DNA from: Paraspadella gotoi
Lineage: Eukaryota; Animalia; Chaetognatha
Assembly (NCBI GenBank): GCA_051294375.1
Contig: CM119269.1
Span: forward strand, 18,178,410 to 18,242,409
Reading direction: 5' to 3'
DNA length: 64,000 nt
This document shows, piece by piece, positions 11,612 to 24,369 of this stretch. The number at the start of each line of letters is the position of its first letter. Within the stretch, counting starts at the first letter, position 1. The notes under the pieces were generated by a model. The model worked only from the letters and a program-made list of their open reading frames with translations, searched no databases and was not told where the DNA came from. Position numbers and translations under genes: made by a program.

Positions 11612-13705
11612 ATGCACAAAATTATCTTCAAATTCACAAATTGAATTGGCTCTGAAGAAGACTCGGATGTGAGTCGAAACATGTCCGTTTCACTATGAAA
11701 TAAAAAAAATCGTTGTTAAATCTCTCTTCAAAACTTTGTTCTATATCAAATCACAACGAAACAGAAAGGAAAAAATACAATGCTTAAAGTTGAATAACGC
11801 TTTTTACACTCGTATCATCAACGAAATGAACCTATAAACGAACTTCGATGACAAACAGTAAGGACAAGGGAGACATTAGATACAGTACTACATAATTGTT
11901 CGAATATAATTTGAATAATTTACTGTTTTTTCTGTTATTATTCTATTATTTTCTGTCATTTTCTGTTTTTCTGTCTCCCATGAACAACGTAATGTCATCC
12001 AAAACACCGACCTAAGCTTCGTCGTCAGATTCTCGATGAGTTTTTGTTGTTCGTAAATCTGTTGCGAAAGACGAAGAACGAGTTGGTTCTTCGAATCGGA
12101 TTCCATTAAACCTAAAAAAAAAAAAAAAACAAGTCGGTTTTTCCTTTCCAGCTTCGCTGACTTAACTGAGACTTCGTTCCCTTCTTTGTAGAGTTTATCA
12201 AATTCTAACTAATATTTTCCATCGCGACTTATTTTTTTTTCCAATTCCTTACTATTCGATCCTTCGGTTTCTTCCTTTGTTCGCATCTCCGATCGCATCT
12301 TCTTCATCTCTTCTTCGTGTTTCTGAAAATTAAAAAAAAAAGTTTGAAAACAAACTAACACCCTTAAACTTTAAGTTAAAGGTCTTTAAGTTAAAGGTCT
12401 TTAAGTTAAAGGTCTAGTTTATCCGAGCATCAATTCAACTAGCAACGGCATCATGAAATCCTCTTTCACCTGCACCAACTCCAAAACGGCTGCGCGATGA
12501 ATCCTCCTCTTCCTCTTCTCCTTAGCTTCGCTGTCTGTGATTCGTCGACGCAGCGACTCGATCTCGGCCTCCAGTCGCTCGACGAGTAATGCCCCCGCTC
12601 TGGAGGATTGCTGAAAAGGGGCTGAAAAGATGGGAGGGAAGCGATGTGACGGAGGATGAATATTGCGAAGGGAGATAGGAAGAAGGGATGGGGAAAAGAG
12701 GAAGAAGGGAGAAACTCGAATGGGCAATTGAGTTGAGAAAAAAATGAGAGGGAAAAAACATAAAAAAAAAAAAAAAACTAAAGGGGGAATATTAGTATAT
12801 ATATATATAAGGGCGTTAGAAAGGAAGCTAGGACGCTGAATCCAACCTTTAATACGAGTCCAGTGAATTCCTAAATCTTTCTTTTCTCCTCTGGCTCATT
12901 TTCCTTTTCCTCTTACCCCATTCGAGTTCTGCTTTACATAATGAAACCTTTTTCGGTAACACTTATCTATGTAAACTTACATACTTCTTTAATTTAATAT
13001 ATGGGGACTGAAAAACAGATAAACTGAGAGGAATGAGGTGCTTGCACTTTGTTTCCCGTCACTAAAATAAATTAGGAAAAATAGAGAGAAGAGGGAAAAT
13101 TAATAAAAAAAAAATCCAAAAAGAGATCCAAAGAGATCCAAAGAGATCCAAAGAGATCCAAAGAGATCCAAAGAGAGAGATCCAAAGAGATCCAAAGAGA
13201 TCCAAAGAGAGAGATCCAAAGCGGATCAAAGTCGCGACATAAATTGATATTTTTTTTATTGCGATTTGATTTGACCTTAAGGCTAAACAGTGACCCGTTC
13301 GACTTTCTTCTCACCCACCTCTTTATGAAACTGTCGCGGTTTAGATTAATGTTGCCTTTAATTCCGTGAGTGAAAAAGTTTTCGGCAAGTAAGATTTCCC
13401 TTTTGATCGAGTTAGTAGGTCAGGCTGACTATCAATGATGTCATATGAATTATGCAATTAATAATACGTCCCATAATTCCATCGAAATTATGTAAATTAA
13501 ATTTTTACCCATGGGCAATGGAAGTGAGGCCCCTTCTACCTGAATAAAAAAGGCCGTCGCTGCCGCCGAAGCTGCCGACGCTATAGTCTCCGCCACCGAC
13601 GCTGCCGCCAACGAGGACACTGTCTTTGCCGACGCCGCTGTCTCCACCGACGACGCAGTAACCGCCGACACAATTTTCGCTTCTGTGGTCGAGAGTCGCC
13701 TCCAT
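8962..13705 (-). CDS. Uncharacterised multi-exon protein: N-terminal coiled coil followed by long Pro/Ser-rich disordered region
   Basis: GC-rich blocks bounded by AG/GT on the minus strand: 13705-13509 (MEATLDH...); 12610-12470 (LLVERLEAEIESLRRRITDSEAKEKRK); ~12322-12165 (KHEEEMKKMRSEM); 12111-12012 (LSQQIYEQQKLIENLTTKL); ~11692-10788 (Pro-rich); ~10474-10007 (Ser/Pro-rich); ~9724-9640; final block ending near 8962. Exact structure and ends are uncertain. Confidence 0.6.
12367..12415. repeat. 15-bp tandem repeat (ctttaagttaaaggt) x3
   Basis: Directly visible. Confidence 0.9.
13119..13220. repeat. 10-bp minisatellite (aaagagatcc)n
   Basis: About 9 tandem units, two with extra GA dinucleotides. 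Confidence 0.95.
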
Positions 13706-14718
13706 TTTGTGATGAAATGATTCTGCAGAGTTCGTCGTCGTCGTCGTCGTCGTCCGGTCAATCTTTCGATATAAGGAAATGCGAAAAAAGGCGAGAGAGA
13801 GAGAGATGAGAAGACGGCCGAGAGAGAGGACGGAGAGAAAGAGACGACGACGAGAGGAGCAGCCAACGAGCACAGACCCGCGGGCACATGACGAAACACA
13901 CAGAGCTAATAACGAATAACGAGAGAGAAGACCCTCACAAAAGAAGACGGACAAAAAGAAAGGGAGCAGAAGTGGCTCCTAGACGCAAGGAACAGAGAGA
14001 GAATAACGGAAGAGGCAGACGAGAGAGAGAGGAGAGAGAGAGAGAAGAGAGAAGGAGAGAGAGAGAGAAACCTTTTAAAGGTGAGGACTGCCATAAAATA
14101 AAAAAAGAGAAAGGAAGAAGAGAACCTGTCAACTCACATTTATCGTTTTCCCTTTTTGCTTTTCTCTGTCGTCGTCTTCATTTTCGATTTCGTCGTCGTC
14201 GTCGTCGTCGGCGCTTGGTTCAAATGGAATCACGGTCGTTGCCGTCGTCTCCGTCTCATTCTGCTTTTCAACGGCGCCCACTTTCGACGCCAAGGGGCGG
14301 CGCCTTAGAAAGGCGCCGACGCCGCCGACCGACGCGCCGATTCCCATCGCAGAATAAAACGATCAGGGGCCGAGTTGCGGAGAAAGGATGGCATAATCCG
14401 GAGAAAAGACGGCAGTGAAGTGGAATGACAGTTAAAAACTAACAAAGAGACGAAAGAGTCGAACTCTCGAAGTGGATGGGAAGGACGGCGAATAAAAAAC
14501 GATAGAGAGTGAAGAGAAATGGTAATAACTAAATAAGCGCATCAGAGACGATACTTGAAAATCGTTCGAGACAAAACTAAAAATTAATTCTAGAAGTAAA
14601 ATGAGAGAAAATTAGGGCGACGAAATTGTTAATAGAGTATCGGACATAGCTTATTGGAGACGATTTCTTCTCGAAACCGATTATCCAGAACATATTAAGA
14701 TTATTATTTATTAAAATT

Positions 14719-14774
<56 letters not shown>

Positions 14775-15008
14775 TAATCCTTCTGGATAACCAAAACATT
14801 ACGTTTTTAACAACATTCCTTTAAAATTCAAAGCGTTTTATAATTTATATATATCATAAAAAAGTTGATAATTTAAACTAGATAATAAAAAAGTGTTAAT
14901 ATTTTACGGATTCAAATTTTTGTGCGATGGTATTTTGTTCCAAAAATGATCTCGCAAAACACTCTTTTTCTCAGTCTTTAGAACTGGAACCAAATCTCCT
15001 TGACTGAC

Positions 15009-15240
15009 GTCTCCTAGCAACAAATAAACAATGATTATCCAAGTTTATGTCCCAGCGGAAGATAAAAATAATGCAATTTCAAACTAATTTTCTTTTTTAA
15101 AGATTAATTTTGTTGCTAAGTTACATTTATTTTTTTGTACTTTTTTACTGATTTTACTTTTCAATGTCTGTCTTTCTGACTATCGCTCATCCTCTCAGTC
15201 CGCCTGCCCCTGTCTCTTCGTCAATAAGTTTCCATGATAG
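15009..15240. promoter_or_regulatory. Cluster of RFX X-box-like motifs plus a forkhead motif upstream of SAXO4
   Basis: GTCTCCTAGCAAC (15009-15021) is followed directly by AAATAAACA. Also GTTGCTAAGTTAC (15112-15124) and GTTTCCATGATAG (15228-15240). These lie 380-610 bp upstream of a motile-cilia gene ATG. Confidence 0.65.
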
Positions 15241-15617
15241 TGAAAAATGACAATGAAAAATATTTGAAAAAAATTGTCATCGGTCATTTCTAAAATTCCA
15301 AATTTGAAAACATAAAAATAGGACTTTTTTGAAGCCTGGAACGTCGAACTTCTGCGTTTATTGAAAGCGTCTTTTCAGCAAAAAGCCTTATATAGTATAT
15401 ACAAAAAATAACCGATAAAAATATTGAGATTCTCTCCTCTTTTCACTTTTACTTTTGTGGGAACGAAAAGTTCTTAAAAATATCGATTTAGCTTCAGGTT
15501 TTACCGCCGAATGAAAAGAAATAGGATTGCGATCGACTTAAACTTTAAAAGAAGCCGGGGTAGATCTGTATCACTAATAAAATAAACGAAGATATAAGTA
15601 AATAAGAGACTAACAAA

Positions 15618-17948
15618 ATGCCGGCGGCCAGACATCAGCTCGGTCCGCCGACGAGGCACATTCTAGAGAGCAAAGGGGCCGACACGGATCTGATGCGGTT
15701 TTACATCACGTAAGTCGGAAGAGGGAGAGTGAGAGAGAGAGAGTGAGCGAGTTGATTGCTATAATAAATTACTTATTAAGCCCGGTGATAAAAATGAATG
15801 CATCGCGGGCCCTCCAACGGGTACTGATACATTATGTAACAAGTCAATCTTTTACGCTTGGTCTTTTCGCTTGAGGGCGTGAGAGAAAAAGGGAGCGGGG
15901 AGAGAGAGAAAGGAGAAGAGAAGAGAAGAAAAAAGAAAAGAAAAGAATACAAGATAGAGTAAAAAAAACAACAAATAAACACGAAACAAAATAAAAAAAA
16001 ACAGATTCTATCTTTCACTCTAGCGAATACTCGACCAACTACTCGGACGGAAAATTCGTTCCTCGGACCGGCGCTCACAGCGGCGCCGGCTACACCACCA
16101 ATCGCCGGCCCATGCGCACCTACAGCGCCGCTTTGGACGAACTCGACAATCCTGTCTTAGGGTGAGATGAAGGGAGATAGACGAATCGTGTTGATTGTCC
16201 TTTTCTTCTACTTCCTTTTTTCTCTTTAGTATTATCAATATTTCATTCCGACGAAGTTACCGTTTATGATTGATTTTCGCTCCTCGAGCGTGCAAATATG
16301 CATCTTAGCGGTTTATTAATAATTGATTATTTTCCCCCTCTCCTAGTATATTTAGCTACTAGAAAACCATGAAACAGAACTAATACCAAAATCCAAAATG
16401 AAATTAGACACATTTAGATTCAATACTGCAATATGCAAATGAGATTGAATCAATCAATCTCATTTAAGATCATATTAAATAATCATCTCTTACACTAGTC
16501 ACTGGATCAAGAGCGGAAATTACCTCTCGACCCAACGCGATCATTTCCGGCCGTCGGAGAGCGCAAATGGCACGGAGGCGTTGCCTACGGAAACTGCTCA
16601 CGTGAGATGCCGATCAGAGGGGGAAGTTGTGAGGGATGGTTTCATCTTCACACAAGCGTTTGTGGGGGAATACTGAAAGCTAAATAAAGATGGGTCGATA
16701 AACTTCAGTGGAAATGAAATCTTTACAAAATGTAAAGTAAATGTAAATGTAAAGTAAATACAAATGAATTGTAATTTTAGATGGAAACCGGATTCACAGC
16801 TACCAAACCACTGGCGGGCCTTCCGCTCTCGAAGGAAGTGAGTGGCAAATCAGTTACTTTTTTAAATTATTTACTCTATTGATCGATCGAGCCACTTTTT
16901 GATTGGTTAATGGTTATTGATTTATTGATTGATTGACTCATTATGTTTCTAAATTTCGCTTAACTTTAGGCGAATTCCGTTCACTACGATAAAATTAACG
17001 CCAAAGAGCTTGGCTTGTTGCTTCCGAAACACAGACCCAGACTGCACAAGTTGCGCCCAAAAGATGTTACCGAAGAATCCAACTTCGATCACGTGAGTGA
17101 CCAGTGGCTATTTTGAATTCGCGATCGCAAAAAATGAATGTACGGGCGTGACTGTCAAATTTGAAAAGACCAGGACTGCAAGAAAAAAAAAAGAAAGGGA
17201 ATAAAAATTCGCGCTTGAATCGCTAAATATAGCGCAGTAGGGTGTTTTCCCAAGAAGACATATGTGGTAATTAATTTTTACAATATACTAGCTAAGTAGT
17301 TAAGAAATATCAGGAAAATTTAGTTAAGCGATTTTTAACCTTTGGCCAGGGCCCCTCCTACATGACCTCCGAGGCCCAGTCCAAATACCGCGGCGTCCAA
17401 CGCGACCCGGACGACGTGAAGGATCACTTCAAAGTCGGGAAGAAGCTCGAGTCTGGATTCACGTCCAACAATCCGCCTTTGGAACCCATAATGTTCTATC
17501 CCAGTGAGTTTGGAGGGATAAACAGAGAGTAGGGATGCAGAGAATGCTAATTAAATGGATTTAAAAAAAAAGAAAATAAAGAAAAGAGAAAAAAATCGTT
17601 GTTAAGAATAAACTATTTTTAGATGAAAACTGATAAAACGCTAACATATACCAATATTGATTTTGTTATTATCCGTCCTCCCTTCTTCAGGCCAAACGTT
17701 CGCGAATCAAGGTCCCGCGGAATTGACGGACCGACCGACCGAAGTCTCCATGATGAAAACGACCTTTACTTGGCCGCAACCAAGGCTCCAGGGCGACGAG
17801 CCGCTGCCCGCGAGGGTCATTCCGCGCTCCGAACGATTCACTGGTGAACGGCGTTTGATTTTGAAAGCTGGAAAAGTGGAAATCTCGGAAATAAAACCTA
17901 TTTTACTTAGACACCTTTCCTACCCCCTCTTTCGCACCTTTCCCTCTC

Positions 17949-17996
<48 letters not shown>

Positions 17997-19701
17997 CTCC
18001 TCTCTCTCTCTCCTCATCTCTCTCATCTCTCTCTCTCTCTCTCTCTCTTTCACTCTCTCTTTCCCCGTGACAGGCTTCACCCGCGAGCATTGGAGCCCAT
18101 CCCCAAAGTCCCGGTCTTCGACGACCCGGATTGTCTTCCGGCGAAGCGACAGGCGGACATCAGGAAGAAGAACCCGGTGGAGTTCATCAACGTTCAGGCG
18201 CCGCACAACCACACCTCCGTGTCGAGAGAGGTTTACAAGGTGAGACGGCAACGGCGGTGGCTGCGGCGATGGGTCGATTAGCCGCGTATCAACTGTAGTA
18301 TTGAGAAGCAACAAATCGTAGATCCAATGTTTGTTTTCGCAACCTGACTGATAAATATTTATGCCGATGTCCCCGGTATTGGTGGCTCTTGAGCTACATC
18401 CTCCGGCCCCGTCTCCCTTCATTACAAATATACTATGGCTATGACGAAAAGTTGAGGTTTGACGACGATCAGCCTTGGAGACGATAATAAAAATATTATC
18501 CCAAGGCCGAACTCAGTTGGATGCTGCTTCATTAGCGTATCGGAGTTTCGCCGCGCGCGTCCATGCCCTCTAGCGTTAAAACTACTTATTTTTCCCCATT
18601 TCCGCCTCCTCAGGATCCTGGCGTTCAACCGGAAGATTTCGCCGCCGCCAAGAGAATCGGAAACCTGAGCGTCGGCGAAGTCGAACCTTCGGGTTTCACC
18701 ACCAACGCGGATCAACACGTGATGACGGCGGACGATCCTGGACGGTTCATCACCAACTACCAAACTAGGCGAGTATCGTTTCACGGGCGAGACGGAATCG
18801 TACTTTAAATCGGGTCCGTAAATAGGCAGCGCATTAACCATAGAAACCGGGTCGAGCGCTTTTATCATCCTTACCAGATACGAAGCAAGCCGATGCACCT
18901 GAAACGACAATAAAAACCAACTTGACCCACTAATATATAAAAGCTCACCGAGAAGTACTTCCTTTCATAATTATCATCATCATCGTCATCGTCATCATCA
19001 TCTTTCACTCTTTACAATCGAAACCTCTTATTGATTTTTATCCTCCTCTCTTCGTCGTCTCAGTTATTGGAACATGAATCCCGTTGGTAAATTCCGAGAG
19101 GGTCATTGCAGAGGAAGCGTCCAAGAGCATTTGGAGAACGCCTTCGTGAGAAGCACTCAGGTTTAAACAAATTTCATTAGTCGGTGTAAATCCTTTCTTT
19201 TCCTTGTGTTTGGATAATAGAAAACGAAAATTTGTTTGTTTCGACAACGAGAAAAAACAAGCACGTTTCGACTCTGTTTCGGCGCTGATGAAACGAACAA
19301 ATTTTAGTTTTCTAACAATTTTTTTATAACTCTTTTGAAACTAACAACATATTTTCGAGAAACAATTTTGAACTTTTATTGCGCATGATCGAGTATAGAA
19401 TATACGTCGACAAATTGGTTAAAAATAGATGATTATTTTCGTTTAACTAAAAAAAAAAAAACTTTCCTTTCCATTGAATGATTGATAAACAGGTTCACTC
19501 TTACGGACCGGAGGTGAACAGCACTGAAGTTATCAGGAAACTGGATCCTTATCAAGCCAGGTCAGAATTTTGAGTCAAATCCGAAAAGGAAAGAGAATGA
19601 AAATATTCTTCTTTTATTTCAGGAGCATGAATAGCAGGGATCCTTATGTTGAGAAGGAGACTCACACTCATGACCACAAACTTCACAAACTCCCGTGTTA
19701 A
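15618..19701 (+). CDS. SAXO4: Stabilizer of axonemal microtubules 4 / PPP1R32 (IIIG9) orthologue, 12 exons
   Basis: The spliced product reads MPAARHQLG...DLMRFYITEYSTNY...FVPRTGAHSGAGYTTNRRP...LDELDNP...HGPSYMTSE...VGKKLESGFT...LQGDEPLP...VGEVEPSGFT...REGHCRGSVQ...RKLDPYQARSMNSRDPY...KLPC*. It is collinear with the human PPP1R32 sequence as I recall it. Approximate exons: 15618-15709, 16024-16161, 16499-16601, 16780-16837, 16970-17092, 17350-17503, 17691-17843, 18074-18238, 18614-18768, 19064-19160, 19493-19560, 19623-19701. One apparent frameshift near 18088. Confidence 0.88.
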
Positions 19702-20542
19702 CGTCACAGCGACGCAAATCCTCTTCGATTGCGGATAATTAATAACAAAAATTGTTAATTTACCCCAAGTTGTCCCTTTTTTTCGCAAAACATTTAATTT
19801 TATTCTAGGAAAGTTCTGAAATATTTTAATTGTAAACAATGTCTGTTGTTTATGTATATTTATTTTCTAGGTTTTTTATTTCATTTTTTTTTTTAAATTT
19901 AAGAAGCAAAAAAAAAGAGGAAAGACATTATTCGTCTTTTAATCATTAACAATCTTTGTTGATTGTACAAAAATTTTAATTTTTTATATTTTGTCGGGGA
20001 ATAAATCATTACAAATAAAAAACTTTAATGTAAAGAGGTTTTTTAATTGACCAAGATGGTTAGTTTATTAAAAAAATTTTTTTAAATTAAACGGACGAAA
20101 AAAAACGAACAAGAGAATAAAAAATATTTAAAAAAATGATATCTTCATAATTAATTTATAAAATAATGTATATTGAAGGCATAAACAAACATTAAATTTA
20201 CTATCAATGGCGAGATAGGAATACAATTTTTAAGAAGACTTTTATCGGGGTATCAATACTAAAATACTAATGACCATATACAATATATATAAAAAAGTCG
20301 TATTCTAAATGTTGTATCAAATTGTCGAGAAAAATCGTAGTTTAATTTAAAGGGTTTCGAAGAGAAAGTCACACTGGTAAAAAAAAAAGATCCATTTAAA
20401 TTCCTGAGATTCAGGTTTTCCCTTTACACCAAATTGTTATCCTTGAGCAAAAAGCCTTTACACCCACTACAAAAATTGACCGCTCTTGACTGTTTCTCAT
20501 TGAATGACTGTAGGTGAGGCAACAAAAGGATAAAAACCAATT

Positions 20543-22045
20543 TCAGAAATCTCCTGTCAAAACCATGGCGGAGTTGGTAATTACAGATTCCTCACAGATC
20601 GCCTGACAATTCGCGAATGGTCGATTCGCGGCGAATAAAGCGTCCAAGGCGAGAGAATGTTCTTCCGTATCGTCGACGCCATTCGTAGAAAGGGGCGTGG
20701 CAGAAGTTATTTCGGAGTCGGTGACGCCATCGTTTCTCTCGTTCGCGTTGATAGCGACAGTTAGGTTTGATTGAGTAGCAAGAACGTGACCGGTGGCAAC
20801 TCCAGTTTCTTTCTCGTCCGCCATTTTGGCAGGAATGTTGTCGGCGGCGGCGACGGCGGCGGCGGCGGCGTGAAATGACACGGATCGTCGCTCGCCCGAA
20901 ACCCAGGGTCGTTGGTCCAATTCTTTCACGAGAACGACTGCTTCTTCTAAGCAAACGCCTGGACTACAATCTCCTTTGCTCCTTTTATCTGTGCTCTTAT
21001 TCTTGCTCCGCCCGCCGGCTCCGCTATTTTCTTTCGCATCGCTAGTACCCGTTTCTCCGCTTTGGCCGCTGGGGGGCAGAGATCGGAGCAAAACCTCGAT
21101 CCATCGCATCTTCAAAACCGCCGAGGTCTCGCGCAACTCTCGGAGTTTTTCCCGGAAATCGTGATTGAAGATGGAATAAGCGAAAGGATTGCAGATCATT
21201 TGAATCTGGTCGGAAGGGGAGAAAAGAACGAAATCCACGATGAAAGTTAAAAGCATAAAAATTGAAGAACGAAAGAAGAAACGACCCTGAAACAAACCTG
21301 CCACGCGCAGCAGCAAAACTCGTTAACGTCCAGATTGTCGTTCAACGTCTGTTGCGTGACGTAGAGATAAATAATGTAGACGGTTCCGGGCATCGACGAC
21401 ACGAAGTTGATGACGACGATGACGCAGGACATCAAGGCGACGCGACGATTGCGCATGCGCATGCGACGGACTTGCTGCCAGGGGGGGGGGAGTTATAGAG
21501 GGATTAATATTCCAAAACTTCATAGAAAATAATTAAATTTAACAAGTGAGATTTCTTTAATGATAATCTGTATGAAATTGGTATAACCAATATAAAAAAT
21601 TATCCATTTATTTATTTATCTATTTATTATTTATATTCATTTAATAAATACACTAATATTTCTAAGAATGTTTCAATTGTATGAAAAGACCACTCCCTTA
21701 AGTATTAGTATGTGAGAAACACTAAATGAAATTATTAGCAACAAGATTTGAAGTAGAATAATACGTTTGAAGGAACTTTAAGTCTGTCACAAAAAATATT
21801 TTAATAGTATAAAATTTATTAAATTATTAAATCCCATTTCTTTTGTTTATCTTTGCCTTTATTTATTCAATGAATTTTTAATCTTTTGTTATGTTTGTTT
21901 TTTTGTTTTTTTATTTTCTACATATTTGTATGTACATATTATTCATGTACGGCTCTCCTACGATCTTGTGATTGTAAATGTGTTTTATTGACATTAAGAG
22001 CAGAATAAATCAAATCAAATCAAATCTCTCTCTCTCTCTCTCTCA

Positions 22046-22079
<34 letters not shown>

Positions 22080-24369
22080 CTATCTCTCTCTCTCTCACTC
22101 TCTCTCTTCCTCCCTCCTTTTAATTATTTGTTGAATGTTATTTTTCAGTTTTTCTCCGTTACTGCTTTACCATGATGATGGCATGGAATTATATCATATT
22201 TATTTAGCACAGTAATTCCTAAAACGAAAATCTATATAAACTTAAAAATGAAAATACTATTTCACTCGAAAATATACCAAGGATTTCGGTTGGCTGGTTT
22301 TTTTCAACTTTGGCAAATTCCTGTTGATTCTGATGTAAGCGCTAAGGATGAAGATCGGAGGGAAAAGAAGAAGAACCAAAAAGAGAAGGAGAAACCCGCC
22401 GGGGGTGTAGTCCATGGCGCCAGCGTACATGATCTGTTTAATATTTAAACAATTTGTATTTATAGGTACCATAGTGATTATACGAAGAGCCTTATTCGTG
22501 AAGAGTACGGACATTACAGTACAGTCAAATAGAAAATATTACTTTCATTTATAAAATATCTTTCCGAATAGAAAAATATTATTTTTACCGCAGTAACGGC
22601 AACGGAAGCGATCTACCTGCATTGGCGCAGCTACTGATTTTAAATGTACCTGATAATAATGAAACCCACAAAGAATAATCGCTGAGACGTAAGAAACGAC
22701 GATGGCGACGACTGTGATTCTTTTGGACGAAGATTCAGAAATCATGTCAGCCTTCAAGGCCCTGAAGCGATGGGGGGGGGGAGGGAAAGGACAATGAGGA
22801 AGACCGTACTTTTTTTAGGCGAAGACTGCCTCATCGTGAAGCCTTGCGCTGTTTTTTCCCCCCTTTTTCGAAAAAAAACCTAATTACTAATGAGACTCCA
22901 GAGAATTAACTTAATAATTGAAGTCATCAACTTAAAAAATTTTAAAAAGTGAACAATATTGGGTTTCATTCAATTTAAAACACGTTTTTGCTGACTTATA
23001 AATCGTTTCAGATATATTTATTTCGAAAATTCAAAGAAATTTAAAGCAAGTACATACTTAAAAACTGTAATTCTGCCAATTTAGTTACTATGTTTGTCAT
23101 TGCCACAAGGGGACTGCGTTGTGCTTTTATTTTTCAAGGCGCAGGGCGAACCGATTTTCAACTTCCCATTATGGCACGTTTCGGGGTATTGCCACAATTC
23201 CGTGAAGGGAAAAAGAATAAAACTCACTTGACTCTGGAAATGGCTAGGTAAAGTATGAGACTGGTCGTGGGAATGTAATCCATCATATAGAATTCGGTAA
23301 TGATAGTGACGACAATATCACAAGAGTAAGGGCGGTGAATCAAGAAGAAAAGTTGAACGGGTGGACCCACGAGCGTCGCCATGAAATCACATACTGAGGG
23401 AGAAATTTCTTAGTTAATTATTTATAGAGAATTGATTTTAAAATTGTCTATTTATAATGCACATGGCGTTTGACTTACTAGAAAGCGTTACGAATATAAG
23501 CTCAAAAGGTTTCCAAACTCTGAAAGAAAAAAAGCATGACCAATTTACCATTGAAGAGACAGTAATTATTGTTATGTGTTAGTGACAGAACCGTTCAATA
23601 TAAGCAGTCCCTGAGCTTCGGATTAGGCTGTAACACCGTGTTACAGCCGGGTTAAGCATACAGGCGGGTTAAGCACCCCGTCCCTCTTAACTGCTAGGCG
23701 GCCACCGGGCTATAACCCTGGACGTTTGGGTTGGGAGGCGAATGACTTGCCTCCGGGATCACTGTCCACTGATGAACGGTTGGTGGATTTTAGTTCATTA
23801 TACCATCTTAATTAAAATCGATGAAACGAGATTTGCTGGTCAGAATATTTGTTCATTAGAAAGCGCTGATATTAAATTAATCTAATATCTTTGCGCGTTA
23901 AAATACTGAATAATTCAATAAATAAAAACAACGCGTTAAACGCATTATAGATTATTTTCGTCAACAAATATGTTAGAGGGGGATTGTTGAGATTGAGATT
24001 GTCCACAATGTTGTCGTCGACAAATAACAAAGCGTTTTTTGTTTGGTCTCAATGGAATTTTTGTTTCGATGATTTTTCGTTCCGTTTTTTTTTTCCTTTT
24101 TCATAATCACTATGGCCTTAGCTCCTTCAAAATGATTTGTCACTTGAAACTCAGGTCACAAACCAAACTAGTGGTCGTTTTAGTTTGTTTCCTCATCTAC
24201 TACACCTGTATTTCGACAAAACGTAAAGGGCAGTGCCGTTCCCAAGAGGGCCGAGCATGAATGCCAAGACGCAGATACCGATGGCCATCCATGTGAAGGG
24301 GGTCGACTCTGTCTTCAGGTCGATGACGCGCGTCGCTGAAGGATCTTTTTCTTGGTCGAAGCACCCCAT
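20543..24369 (-). CDS. Orphan rhodopsin-like (class A) GPCR, multi-exon
   Basis: TM1 GICVLAFMLGPLGNGTALYVL (GN motif); TM2-3 exon ~23395-23229 (CDFMATLVGPP...SC...LYLAISRVK); TM4 RITVVAIVVSYVSAIILC; TM5 FLLLFLVLLLFPPIFILSAYIRI; TM6 RVALMSCVIVVINFVSSMPGTVYII; TM7 ICNPFAYSIFNHDFR (NPxxY plus helix 8); long C-tail. A short exon before TM2 was not located. Confidence 0.85.
23600..23756 (+). ncRNA. Structured RNA-like element, copy A, antisense within a GPCR intron
   Basis: Stems: CCTGAGC-TTCG-GATTAGG, GGCTGTAACA/TGTTACAGCC, GGGT/ACCC, AACCC/GGGTT, GGAGGCGA/TTGCCTCC. Homologous to 1775-1912 (-). Confidence 0.5.

Noticed and set aside
13119-13220. Regularly spaced repeat resembling a CRISPR array
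   Set aside because: It is a 10-bp head-to-tail minisatellite with no unique spacers, in a eukaryotic context with no cas genes.
14130-14420. GC-rich ORFs upstream of the coiled-coil gene (also 25330-25570 and 53500-53700)
   Set aside because: These look like CpG-rich 5'-UTR/promoter islands, and the translations are low-complexity Arg-rich without homology cues.
23769-23790. CTGATGA hammerhead-core motif next to the structured element
   Set aside because: No stem II followed by GAAA and no stem I/III arrangement could be built, and the motif is absent from the second copy.
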